A stretch of DNA of 63,998 nt, counting the filler, from Octopus bimaculoides (Eukaryota): the NCBI RefSeq assembly GCF_001194135.2. It is 5 parts of 5 records of this genome, joined end to end, with 100 filler letters (N's around TTAATTAATTAA, not from the genome) between each part and the next. Parts side by side here need not be neighbours in the genome. Positions count along the whole stretch, not along the records: positions 15,879 to 40,897 come from NC_069006.1; positions 40,998 to 52,009 come from NC_068985.1; 3 more parts are not named here. One strand, given 5' to 3'. Shown here one piece after another: positions 36,793 through 49,039 of this stretch (the stretch's first letter is position 1; every line of letters begins with the position of its first letter). The position numbers and the translations under genes are program-made. Under the pieces are notes generated by a model that was not told where the DNA came from, did no database searches, and saw only the letters and a list, made by a program, of their open reading frames with translations.

Positions 36793-37679
36793 NNNNNNNN
36801 NNNNNNNNNNNNNNNNNNNNNNNNNNNNNNNNNNNNNNNNNNNNNNNNNNNNNNNNNNNNNNNNNNNNNNNNNNNNNNNNNNNNNNNNNNNNNNNNNNNN
36901 NNNNNNNNNNNNNNNNNNNNNNNNNNNNNNNNNNNNNNNNNNNNNNNNNNNNNNNNNNNNNNNNNNNNNNNNNNNNNNNNNNNNNNNNNNNNNNNNNNNN
37001 NNNNNNNNNNNNNNNNNNNNNNNNNNNNNNNNNNNNNNNNNNNNNNNNNNNNNNNNNNNNNNNNNNNNNNNNNNNNNNNNNNNNNNNNNNNNNNNNNNNN
37101 NNNNNNNNNNNNNNNNNNNNNNNNNNNNNNNNNNNNNNNNNNNNNNNNNNNNNNNNNNNNNNNNNNNNNNNNNNNNNNNNNNNNNNNNNNNNNNNNNNNN
37201 NNNNNNNNNNNNNNNNNNNNNNNNNNNNNNNNNNNNNNNNNNNNNNNNNNNNNNNNNNNNNNNNNNNNNNNNNNNNNNNNNNNNNNNNNNNNNNNNNNNN
37301 NNNNNNNNNNNNNNNNNNNNNNNNNNNNNNNNNNNNNNNNNNNNNNNNNNNNNNNNNNNNNNNNNNNNNNNNNNNNNNNNNNNNNNNNNNNNNNNNNNNN
37401 NNNNNNNNNNNNNNNNNNNNNNNNNNNNNNNNNNNNNNNNNNNNNNNNNNNNNNNNNNNNNNNNNNNNNNNNNNNNNNNNNNNNNNNNNNNNNNNNNNNN
37501 NNNNNNNNNNNNNNNNNNNNNNNNNNNNNNNNNNNNNNNNNNNNNNNNNNNNNNNNNNNNNNNNNNNNNNNNCCAGTGACTCCCTGGTTGCATGTGTCTA
37601 GCAGACTTACCTGTTTTGTGTCTGTTGAACATTCCAACAGCTGCCAAACTTTTTATTATCATTAAGTGACTTACTAATC

Positions 37680-38120
37680 CTCTCTCTCTCTCTCTCTACC
37701 CCTTTCTCTCTCTCTCTACCCCTTTCTCTCTCTCTACCTCTTTCTCTTGTTCTTTCACTTTTTCTCTCTCTCTACCTCTTTGTCTTATTCTTTCTCTCTC
37801 TCTCTCTGGACTTTGCTTTCTCTCTTTCATACTCTATCTCACTCTTTCTCTCTTACTCTTTCTCTGCTTCTCTCTTACTTGTCTCACTCTTTCTCTCCCT
37901 CTTGTGCTCTCTCTCTCTCTCTCTCATACTCTTTCTCCTTCTCCCTTCTCTCTCATACTCTTTCTCTATCTCACTCTTTCTCTCTTACTCTTTCTCTATC
38001 TCACTCTTTCTCTCTTACTCTTTCTCTGTTTCTCTCTTACTTGTCTCACTCTTTCTCTCCCTCTTGTGCTCTCTCTCTCTCTCTCTCTCTCTCTCATACT
38101 CTTTCTCCTTCTCTCTCATA
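37680..38120. repeat. (TC)-rich low-complexity tract with internal ~100-bp duplication
   Basis: cttacttgtctcactctttctctccctcttgtgctc occurs twice. Confidence 0.7.
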
Positions 38121-38379
38121 CTCCTTGAGGCTAGTCCCAATGATGTAGTGGTGGTCTCTTGTAATGGAAACTGGTTGTTTAGGCAGCAGTGTTGCAAATG
38201 GCTGCATGTGGTGGAGGTGGCTCTGCTAGCTGTAGTGGTGGTCATGGAAAAAAAATAAATAAATAAAAATAAAAGTAGGTTTAGTGGATGCCTTTGTTGC
38301 TAGTTGCTTGAGGGTTTGGTTCTAGACCAGAGCCCACATGACCTTAGGGGTCTCAATCAGATTTTCTTATTCTTTTCTT

Positions 38380-38500
38380 TTTATTCTTTTACTTGTTTCA
38401 GTCATTTGGTTGCGACCATGCTGGAGCTCCGGAGCAAATCAACCCCCAGGACTTATTCTTTGTAAGCCTAGTGCTTATTCTATCAGTCTCTTTTGCCGAA
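38380..38500 (-). mobile_element. SINE family A tail fragment
   Basis: ttacttgtttcagtcatttggttgcgaccatgctggagc...ggacttattctttgtaagcctag. Confidence 0.7.
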
Positions 38501-38789
38501 CTCTTGCTGTCCTTCCCACCAGCTCAGTCTCCACCATTCTTTCATCCTCTCTGAGAAACTGTCAGGAACTAACAGACCGAAATTCTTGCTTGATGAGAGT
38601 TCTGCCTCTGAAGACTTCTCCAGCCTTCTGCTCGTCTCCTAGCAAGTATCTGCTCACCAAAGAGCATGCAATTTATCAAGACATGCCAAAATGCCTGAAC
38701 GTGCTTTAGTGGAGGGCTGCAAGTAAATGTCACCTTTGATGAGATGATTGTTTACAACCAGTGACCACATGTTAAGAGATGGGAAACAG

Positions 38790-39193
38790 AAACTCGTTCA
38801 TACAATATATATATATATATAGAAGGGCCCTAGACAAACTTAAGCTAAGAATTAAGGTTGTTGAAAGGCCAGGCAACCCTATTAAATCCCTTATCAGTAG
38901 AACATACCCTTTCAATAGAACCCCCTGCACTGATAGGAACTGTATCATATGTAGATTTAGCCCACAAATGAACTGCAAAACCAGAAATGTGGTCTATAGT
39001 ATAAGATGTACAGAGGGACGATGCAGAAATCAGACAATGACATATGTAGGCAAAACAGCAAGGAGCATAGGGGAGCGGGCAAACGAACATTGGAGGGAAC
39101 TTAAGGAAGGGAAGAACTCATCAGTTCTGTACCAGCACACTGAGCAAGAACATAGAGGCTCAATCAACAACATAGAAATTAAAATCTTATCTA
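38790..39193 (+). pseudogene. Third PLE lineage: Cys-rich linker plus GIY-YIG endonuclease fragment
   Basis: PFNRTPCTDRNCIIC...NCKTRNVVYSIRCTEGRC...TYVGKTARSIGERANEH...SSVLYQH. Open frame of ~130 aa up to the gap. Confidence 0.8.
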
Positions 39194-39877
39194 NNNNNNN
39201 NNNNNNNNNNNNNNNNNNNNNNNNNNNNNNNNNNNNNNNNNNNNNNNNNNNNNNNNNNNNNNNNNNNNNNNNNNNNNNNNNNNNNNNNNNNNNNNNNNNN
39301 NNNNNNNNNNNNNNNNNNNNNNNNNNNNNNNNNNNNNNNNNNNNNNNNNNNNNNNNNNNNNNNNNNNNNNNNNNNNNNNNNNNNNNNNNNNNNNNNNNNN
39401 NNNNNNNNNNNNNNNNNNNNNNNNNNNNNNNNNNNNNNNNNNNNNNNNNNNNNNNNNNNNNNNNNNNNNNNNNNNNNNNNNNNNNNNNNNNNNNNNNNNN
39501 NNNNNNNNNNNNNNNNNNNNNNNNNNNNNNNNNNNNNNNNNNNNNNNNNNNNNNNNNNNNNNNNNNNNNNNNNNNNNNNNNNNNNNNNNNNNNNNNNNNN
39601 NNNNNNNNNNNNNNNNNNNNNNNNNNNNNNNNNNNNNNNNNNNNNNNNNNNNNNNNNNNNNNNNNNNNNNNNNNNNNNNNNNNNNNNNNNNNNNNNNNNN
39701 NNNNNNNNNNNNNNNNNNNNNNNNNNNNNNNNNNNNNNNNNNNNNNNNNNNNNNNNNNNNNNNNNNNNNNNNNNNNNNNNNNNNNNNNNNNNNNNNNNNN
39801 NNNNNNNNNNNNNNNNNNNNNNNNNNNNNNNNNNNNNNNNNNNNNNNNNNNNNNNNNNNNNNNNNNNNNNNNNNNNN

Positions 39878-39943
<66 letters not shown>

Positions 39944-40676
39944 ACACGCATACACACGCACTCATGCATATTTATATAGGTATATGTCTGTGGTGTATTA
40001 GATATAAACAATGTCTATATGTCATCGCATGGTCTAGCTGTATGCTTTCTGTTTCACTAAAGTACAAGTGTTGGATGGGTTGAAGTGGGTTGTGGGTTAG
40101 ATGGGAGGGGAGGAGGGGGGAAAGTGGAGTAAAAAGTCAAGACTCTCTTCTCTCTCTCTCTCTCTCTTTCTCTTTCTTTCGTTGCCTAGCAACTACATCT
40201 TCTTGTTTAGATGATATCAGCTTTTCTTTCTGGTATGTCACATTGGCAGATGGAACAAATGTTTAGCATATCCTTCTCTTGAATTTACCATTTCCTGTGA
40301 TGCCTCCCAGCTCCCCAGAGGCTGTGGTTTTATGCTTACAGTGGAAACTGTTTTTGAGTAATAAGCTTAATTCCAGGTTTAACTTTTGAGTAAGCCTTGA
40401 TAGAACTTATGATCAGAGGCGATCCAGCCATAACCATCCCTTCTCATCGAGGAATACTGTGTCCAAATGTGTCCTTCCATTTCATTTGTAAGGCAGTTTT
40501 AGAGTGATTTGGCTGCTATTTCTAAAATATTGTGTGACCACTTAGTGGTTTACTCTGCTCCCTTTTCATGGTTGTTACTGTTTAACCCTAGGTCAAGCCT
40601 GATCTAGAAGACTTATGATAAAAGACTTTCTACCGATGGCCATCCTATTATTTTTATCCCCCTCAGACATAGTGTA

Positions 40677-40897
40677 TCTATTATTCTTTTATTTGTTTCA
40701 GTCACTTGACTGCGGCCATGCTGGAGCACCGCCTTTAGTCGAATCAAATCGACCCCTGGACTTATTCTTTGTAAGCCTAGTACTTATTCTATCGGTCTCT
40801 TTTTGCCGAACCGCTAAGTTACGGGGACGTAAACACACCAGCATCGGTTGTCAAGCGATGTTGGGGGGACAAACACAGATACACAACATACACACAC
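40677..40897 (-). mobile_element. SINE family A tail, young copy
   Basis: Near-consensus tail running into (CA)n and a gap. Confidence 0.8.
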
Positions 40898-41630
40898 NNN
40901 NNNNNNNNNNNNNNNNNNNNNNNNNNNNNNNNNNNNNNNNNTTAATTAATTAANNNNNNNNNNNNNNNNNNNNNNNNNNNNNNNNNNNNNNNNNNNNATA
41001 TATATAAAATATAAAATTACTATTTGTAAATCTCTCAACGAGATGTATATATCTGTATCTATGTATGTATATATGAATGTGCATATGTATGTATACTCAA
41101 CTCATCCAAAAAAACTACAGAAGCAAACCTTTTTGCCAAAAGTGATAGTCTGCACTGTTTACTATCGGCCATCTTTCTATACAGAATCACACAATACGTG
41201 ACATTGTGAAAGGAGGACGCAAAAGAAGAAATGATTTTCTCTAAATGCTTTCTTTATTCTGCTGCTAGTTTTTCTTATATCTATTTTTTCACCATTTCCC
41301 TCTGTTTTTTTCTTCATCTATGTAATTATTTATGTGTTGTTGTTTTGTATTTTTTAGGGGTCAGGAGGCTGATCCCCCACCTTCTCCTTCCTAACTTCAT
41401 TTTATTTTGTTTTGCGAGAAGTGCAATTAATGACCTTATCGCTGGCATTACATCAGCAAATCTACTTAGGTTTCCAAAGGTTATACACACTTACAGACAC
41501 ACTGCATTCAACACACACACACACACACACATCACATGCATATATATACAGACAGGCACTTATGAACACAGACCCACAGACTTTTATATACACACATTAG
41601 TCTTTATACATGCAAAGATATAATGTCTGC

Positions 41631-41693
<63 letters not shown>

Positions 41694-41953
41694 CGGATAT
41701 CTGAAAAGCCCAAAATTTACTTTTTAAATTTTCCTAGCTATATTTTTCCATTCATATATGCATGCACGTGCGCACACACATATGCATACACATACATACA
41801 GACACATGTATATATATAAATATATATACATATGTACATATANNNNNNNNNNNNNNNNNNNNNNNNNNNNNNNNNNNNNNNNNNNNNNNNNNNNNNNNNN
41901 NNNNNNNNNNNNNNNNNNNNNNNNNNNNNNNNNNNNNNNNNNNNNNNNNNNNN

Positions 41954-41984
<31 letters not shown>

Positions 41985-43112
41985 TATATAGATACACATG
42001 TATTTATATCTATGTATACATGTATATATATATGCATTTATGTATGTATGTATGTATATATTTGTAAATAGCTTAACTGAAAAAAAAAAACATTTCGCAT
42101 TTTTTTTCCAGATTTATCAAGAAATAAAGAAAATGAATATATGATATGTAAAGTGAAGTTATCTCTGGAGTAAATAAGAGCAGCCTTTTTGTTTTTCTTT
42201 TTTCCCCTCTTTTTACCTTCTCTGAACAGACCTAAATTCATACTACTCTCAAGAATCTTTTTATAATTTTCATTTCTCTTCTTTATTTGTATTTATTTAT
42301 TTATAAATTTTTTTTTTTTACATGGTGCATGCGAAGATCATCTGACTTGAATTTCTCTTATCTACATCATATCTGGAGCTGCAACAAAGGTGGGTCGGAT
42401 GAAGAAAAATGTTGAATGATAAATTGTGATGACAACAATAAAAACAGAATCAATATCATTGAACGTAGCGAGTCATTTCCTCATGTGGGTGGCTCATCTT
42501 TCTGTATGCTCAGTGAAGAAGAAAAACTGTTTTAGAGAAATATAAATTAAAATATCGCTGTCCCACACACCACCACTACCACTGCCATGCCAATCCTTTT
42601 AATTTATAAATTTATTTATTCTATCTCTATCTCATTATCTATTTTTTCTTTATAACTCCTGGTTTATTCGTTTGTATTTTTTTAGATATTTTATTCTTTA
42701 TTATTATTTAAAAAATAAAATAAAAGTAAAAAGATTGTTATTTATATTTACACTGCAGCATCTTAATCTTATTATAGAATTACACTCACTCACACACTCA
42801 TACACATCAAGGTGCATACTTTTATACATGCACACATGCACATGTGCACACATGCACATGTGCACACATGCACACATGCACATGTGCACACATGCACACA
42901 TGCAAAAATCTGCTTGTTCATTCATTTGTTTTATATCTGAACAGTTGAAAACTTTTCCATTCTGACTTGGAAAAGTGTTTGTAAAACAAATTAAAATAGC
43001 TTACTTATCAAAATAAGGGGCTTACATTCCATTTGTCATCACCAATCAAGAGTAAATAGGCACTGGACAACCCCTGCCACCATGGTGTGGCACTTGAGCA
43101 AGTACATTGTTT

Positions 43113-43393
43113 ACATTATTTACATTTGACGGATATTTGTCCTCATCTTGTTTGTTGTTAACACAACATATCCCCTGATATACCCTCCAGCCTTCATCAG
43201 GTGTCTTGGGGGAATTTTCAAATCTGGGTTCTCATTTCTAAGGTATTTTTTCGATGTTGTTATTATTATTATTATTATTCAGGTCACTGCCTGGAATCAA
43301 ACTCAGAATCTTGGGGTTAGCAGCCTGCGCTCTTAACCACTAAGCCATATGCCTGTGGGCAACTATGGAGTGAATTTTAGGGCTTATAAACCT
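43113..43393 (-). mobile_element. 5'-truncated PLE 3' end with the best-preserved tRNA-like head
   Basis: Sense strand ggcatatggcttagtggttaagagcgcaggctgctaaccccaagattctgagtttgattccaggcagtgacc, (AAT)n, then CTGATGA a GGCTG... with GAAA mutated. Includes the ORF-stop region. Confidence 0.85.
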
Positions 43394-43394
43394 G

Positions 43395-44370
43395 GTGGAT
43401 GCTGGTGTACAGCTGATGACTGAACTTAGTCTGCTGAACAACAACATTGAAGAACTCTTCAGGATAACAGTAAGTATTCAACAAGGATATCTCCTCTCTC
43501 CAATACCTTTCAACATCTTCCTGGAGAATATCATGCAGGAGACACTTCAAGACCTTTACCTCTCTGTTTCCATGAGAGAATGGTCCATTTCCAACATGCA
43601 CTCTGTTAGGAAGCAGTGAAGCAGAACTACAGGAGATTGGAAAAAAATTGGAAAAAGTATTAGGAGTATACAGGATGGAGATCAAAAGAACAAGATCCTG
43701 GTTAATAGTAAGAAACAAAACAAAGCAACCAGCATCTTTTTAAATGGAGAGAGATTTGATGAGGTGGACACCCTCAAATGCTTAGGATCCACTTTAACCA
43801 AGAACAACAGATATCAAAAGGAGATAACAACAAGAATCAGTCTAGCCTCTGCTGAAGTTGAACGACATGGAAAAAGCAATTCCATTAGTTTTCCAGCAAG
43901 ACCCTGGTAACTTCAATCCTTCTGTATGAGTCTCAGAGATGGAGTCTTACAGCTGACATGGAGTGAAGAATCCAGGCATTTGGGTACAAATGCTTCTGAA
44001 GGCTGTTACACATCTGGTACACAGCACAAAATGATCATAGTTGTCAAGCATAAAGTCAATAAATACTCTGGCAGACAGGAATCACTCCATGCACAGGCAC
44101 AAAAGATGAAAGCTTTCCTGGTACAGTTATGTATCCTGCCACAACTCCCTGTCTGAAACCATTCTTCAAGGCATATTGAGGGTGGGGCAACAGATAGGCA
44201 GACAAAGAAAACCTTAGTTAGACAACATCATGGGCTGAATAGGTCACAACACAGTGAACCTGCTATGCAAGACAGAGAACAGAGACAAAGGGTGATGGCT
44301 GACTATTAATGCCTCAAGAGTGGTACTTCAAAGGCTGGCTGCATCAGTTAACGGGATCTGGATGATGACA
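43395..44370 (+). pseudogene. RTE (BovB-like) LINE RT C-terminal half and 3' end, degenerate
   Basis: QQGYLLSPIPFNIFLENIMQETL; NGERFDEVDTLKCLGS...KEITTRISLA; LYES..WSL..D..RIQAFG. Different subfamily from the (GAT)n-UTR RTE. Confidence 0.85.
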
Positions 44371-44399
44371 AACATTATTAAAGACAGTATCAGATGTCA

Positions 44400-44478
44400 G
44401 GAGTCACTTAGCTTAATGGTACACAGCACATAGCTGGAACTTTAGAGGTATAGGGTTCGATTCTTGATAGCAGACTGC
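44400..44478 (+). other. tRNA-like (A/B box) segment, probable SINE head or tRNA pseudogene
   Basis: tagcttaatggta (A-box-like) and ggttcgattc (B box); no intact cloverleaf. Confidence 0.35.
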
Positions 44479-44559
44479 TGGCCACTTTCTTCCTTCTTCT
44501 CAGGATATTTATCAATTCTTCTTAACTGATTTTACTTTTATTTTGCATTCGATGATTAC

Positions 44560-45230
44560 TTTTATTTCTGTAAAATACCAACTTGGTGCTTCAAAATTTG
44601 TTTATAAAAATATGTTCAAACTGTCAAAAGAAGTGTTTTGTGTGTGGCTGTTAATTAATATTATAATCACTGAATCCAATTTTTGGCAACATCACACATT
44701 AGTTTTGGAGAATAAAGTAACAACAAAGAAGGGCTCCTTACGTTCATATGAAAATTTGGGTAGACAAAGATTCTCCAGAAAAAATTCCAAAAATAATAGA
44801 ACAATATACTACTTGCAGATTGCCAAGTTCAGTATCTAGCTTTACTCTTTACAGTTTGGTTACTTGTTTGCAAATGCATTCATGCAGAAAAAAACATGCT
44901 GAAGAATTTATGGAAAAGGAAAATATGTGATAAAAAAATGTAAATTTGGCTTTCCTAAGGCTGAAAGAAGAGTTTAATTTCTTCATTGTTGCTGAAAATG
45001 TCAAATGAAAAAGAAATGGAAAAAGTGTTAAAAAAGTTTCATCAACCTCAAAGAAAATCATCTGAAAAATTTATCAATGATTACAATCCTTTACTGCTTT
45101 TAATATGGCAAGCAAGTGTTGATTCAGTATATTGGAGAAAACGGTATGATATTGATCAGGTGACTAGCTACAAAATAAAAGCCGAAGAAAATGAAACTAA
45201 AGGTGTTTGGGAAAAGTTGGATCAGCATAA
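44560..45230 (+). pseudogene. Helitron/Helentron Rep (HUH) domain remnant
   Basis: Manual translation RIK*QQRRAPYVHMKIWV (motif 2, ExQxRGxPHxHxLxW), LYSLVTCLQMHSC, CKFGFPK, NDYNPLLLLIWQASVD-QYIGE, VTSYKIKAE (motif 3, YxxK). Frameshifted. Confidence 0.75.
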
Positions 45231-45703
45231 ATTTCTTAAATTCTTCATCAAATATGTGTGCACTTTTTAAATATTTTTTGCAGTTTTTTTTTATGTTAGT
45301 TAATATTTTTGATTTAAATATTTCTTTGTATTAAACTAAAACATTTCTGCTTTATAAAAAATATAAGGTAAATACAATTAGTTATAATTCTAGAAACAGC
45401 ACAGAGAAAACGGACTAGAATGAAAAATGTGGGTGCAGAGTATTAGAATATTTTCAAGTACTGAACTTGAAAAAGTAGAGGACAAGCAGTAATTAAGTCC
45501 GGAAAAGTAGAGGACAAGAAGAAAATATTGCTGTTGAAGTTAGAATTTAAAAAGTAAAATAGTTAATAGATGCCTTTTTATAGATTGTATTTTTATATAA
45601 AAGTTTAAATTAAAATACTCAAAAAGCTATTTTGCCTGCAAGTTTACACATTAAATATCTAACATCTATCTTAACCCTCCCCTCCACCATCTCTCTGTAT
45701 GTA

Positions 45704-45739
<36 letters not shown>

Positions 45740-45869
45740 CATCCATCCATCCATCTATCCATCCATCTATCCATCTATCTATCTATCTATCTATCTATCA
45801 ATCTATCTATCTATCTATCTATCTATCTACCTCCCCACCTATCTACCTACCTACCAACCTACCTGGACA

Positions 45870-46075
45870 GTTCATTGGTCTCATCCTCTCTTTTCTTCAT
45901 AATTGGAGGGGATATTATGTTTTTGGGGTAGTTGTTGCTTAATAGATTGTTACTGAGATTGATCATTTCTTTGTGTTGGGTATCACAATCGTTGCTTATA
46001 TTCTTTGCTCAATGTTTTAGGCCATATGCCCGTAGTGTAGTGGTTAAGAGTTTGGGCTACTAACCCCAAGATGCT
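45870..46075. mobile_element. PLE internal fragment (minus) fused to an inverted piece of the tRNA-like head
   Basis: 45870-46020 matches 9170-9320. It is followed by gccatatgcccg (minus-sense) and then tagtggttaagag..gggctactaaccccaagat (plus-sense). Confidence 0.7.
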
Positions 46076-46222
46076 AGCCAATCGCACGCAGGAATTGTAT
46101 GATGAATTTGGTTGCATCACCAAATGATGAGATAGAGAGCCAGTGTAGCTACACAGACGATATGGTGGGGGTGAATGGCTCAGAATGAGAATATATGTTA
46201 ATTAAAATGAGAATAGAGTAAA

Positions 46223-46299
46223 TCATCATCGTTTAACGTCCACTTTCCAAGCTAGCATGGAAAGCGGACGTTAAACGATGATGATGATGATGATGATGA
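46223..46299. repeat. Foldback of two RTE 3' tips
   Basis: 27-bp arms with 1 mismatch around the centre agctagca. Confidence 0.85.
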
Positions 46300-46384
46300 T
46301 TTACTCTATTAAAATGTATGAGGGTAATGAGTTAAATAGTTTGAAAGTCAGATTAAGTCATTGGGATTATCTGGGGTATAATGT

Positions 46385-46768
46385 TTATCTTTTATCTTTT
46401 ACACGTTTCAGGCACAAGGCTGTGGCCATACTGGGGCATTGCCTTGAAGAATCTTTAGTCAGATGAATCGATCTCAGTACCGGTTTTTTAAAACCTGGTA
46501 CTTATTCAATTACTCTCTTTTGCTGAATACTAAGTTATGGGGATGTAAACACACCAACACTAGTTGTGAAGCAGTGGTGGGGAAAAAACACAAACACAAA
46601 GACACACACATATATAGGATGGGCTCCTTTCAGTTTCCGTCTATCAAATCAACTCACAAGGCTTTGGGACTACAGTAGAAGGCATTTGCCCAAAGTGGCA
46701 TGCTATGAGACTGAACCCAGAACCATGTGGTTGGGAAGCAAGCTTCTTACTACACAGCCACACTTGCA
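46385..46768 (-). mobile_element. SINE family A, diverged full copy
   Basis: Tail, short microsatellite and head are collinear with the other copies. Confidence 0.7.
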
Positions 46769-47512
46769 CCTCTCAGCCACAACTGTGCCTATAATTAAAT
46801 CATATTTGTAACAGAATGGAATAAAATAGGAATGTTAACAAATACATGCTCTTTCTCATCGATATACATACATGTATATGCATGTAGCCGTACATGTATA
46901 ACCTGAAGGTGCAACTGGTGCAAGTAATGTTAGCCAAGGGGTTGGAGAAATGAAAATGAGTGAATGACAAGACTGGCAAGGGTAGAATTTCCTTCTGGCT
47001 TAGAATATGATAAGCAGCGTGGGAGCAACTGTTTGTACATACATGTGTGTGTGTGTGTGTGTGTGCGCGCACTGGACCTGCTTAAAGCTATGAAGTTAAA
47101 CTATGATGTCAACGTTAATAATGACAATGATGTTGATGATGGTGATGATGATGCCAACAATCCTGAGGCCAGCATGTTCTTCATGCAATCCCATCTTCCT
47201 TTGTACATGTTCACTGGCACAAGTTAGTTATATAAACAACAACAGCAATAACAACAAGATGCGTTTGTAGCATTTAAACGTTAACAGAAACAGTTGCGGA
47301 TGTGAAAAGGTTAACTGTGGGTTCTTCAGCGTTTCTTCTGTCAGAGACTTTGCAAGTAGAAGAATGGTTATCTGGAATGATGACTCTATAGACCAAAATA
47401 TAAAATTACATAATACACACACACATGCACCCACCAATACACACACATCTATATAAGCATATATTCTCCCTCCTATATATATATACATACATACATATCT
47501 ATCTATCTATCA

Positions 47513-47558
<46 letters not shown>

Positions 47559-48387
47559 ATATANNNNNNNNNNCACATGCACCCACCAATACACACACAT
47601 CTATATAAGCATATATTCTCCCTCCTATATATATATACATACATACAAATGTACAAACACATACACATATATGTATATACATATATATGTTCATATACAT
47701 GTATTCCTATATTTATACATATACACTTCTATGTGCATACATGCATGCATATAGAAATGTGTGTGTGCGTATATGCATGCATGTATGTATATATGTGTGC
47801 ATATATATATGTATATGTGTGTGTGTGTATGTATGTATGTGTCTGTGCGTGCTTGTGTGTGTGTATGTATGTATTAACAGGACGCATTTATTTGTTCATG
47901 TGTAAAAATGACGATAATTCTGGGTCATTTGTTTTACTTTCAAGAATCTGATTTGGGCAAAAGATGAGACAGACATCGTTTTAGCAAAGGTTGGCTGATG
48001 AAACAGTGTTAATGTGGAACTTTAATGAAAACGACCCTGGCTGACCCCGGTTCCTATTAGAAATAAGTCTTTTGGGAAATGTTCTAAAAATGATTAGTTC
48101 TATATTACTTCCAGAAGATAAAGATGACAGATAGATAACAGTCTCAACATATCTTCAAAAATGATGACAATGCTTGCAAAGACCTTCACCGTTGTTACCA
48201 TCATCATCATTATTACTCAGCCTCCTGCTCATCGTTATCCCCACCACCACCGTCATCATTATCATCAATGTCGTTATCCTACCCATCAATATCCTACCGT
48301 CATCGATACCACCTTTATCACAACTACCACCATTAGCATTGTTGTTGGAATTGTCATCTTCATCATCATCATCGTCGTTGTCATCAG

Positions 48388-48422
<35 letters not shown>

Positions 48423-48457
48423 ACTTCATCACTATTATTGTCACAGCCCTCTTGTAG

Positions 48458-48903
48458 TTATTGATACTCCAAGACAATCACGATGTAATTCTAAATGGAG
48501 TGACAAAATTGGTTTTGACTGAAACCGATTTTAGATTTGGAACTTCTGGAAGAAAGAAGTGGCAGCTGAAGATTTTACCAAGGACAAGGTTGGGAGAGGA
48601 ACAATTATCATTCCATTTCGCAGGTGTCTCCATAGAAGCATCATCACCATCATCATCATAAACACCACAACTGCTACCACCTGCACCACCTCTACTACTA
48701 CAACCACCATCCCCCCACCACTACGACCCCCACTACTGTCATCATCATCATCGTCATCAAATGTATAATCCTATTTGTCAAAAAATGTATCTGGTTAATC
48801 TTATACAATCCTCTTATGAACAAATTGTCGATGTTACAGGTTCAAGCTTGATGCTATACACTCAGTTGTGAATGAATGGTCACAAAAGGGGACATTCTTC
48901 TGA
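48458..48903 (+). other. Candidate two-exon 3' end of an unidentified gene (48458-48588 and 48840-48903)
   Basis: ccctcttgtag| and acaag|gttggg, then gttacag|. Phase-compatible join gives LLILQDNHDVILNGVTKLVLTETDFRFGTSGRKKWQLKILPRTRFKLDAIHSVVNEWSQKGTFF*. No homology recognised. Confidence 0.25.
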
Positions 48904-49039
48904 TGAGGGACAGCTGGCCCTGCTTAACAGATCCACAGGAATTTCAGTTATTCCATACACTTACTTGCTAACCTTATAATCATGACTGAATCTTAGACTC
49001 TGCTTGTTTTGGTTGATAGACCTAATCTGTCACAGGATC

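Noticed and set aside
38560-38780. piggyBac-like NVTFDEMIV peptide
   Set aside because: A single short motif flanked by stops, with no TTAA or TIR support.
43280-43356. Functional tRNA-Ser gene
   Set aside because: A and B boxes are present, but the acceptor and T stems do not pair. Treated as a tRNA-derived head within the PLE terminus.
47415-47645. Duplicated cacatgcacccaccaatac... block
   Set aside because: Identical and gap-flanking; artefact.
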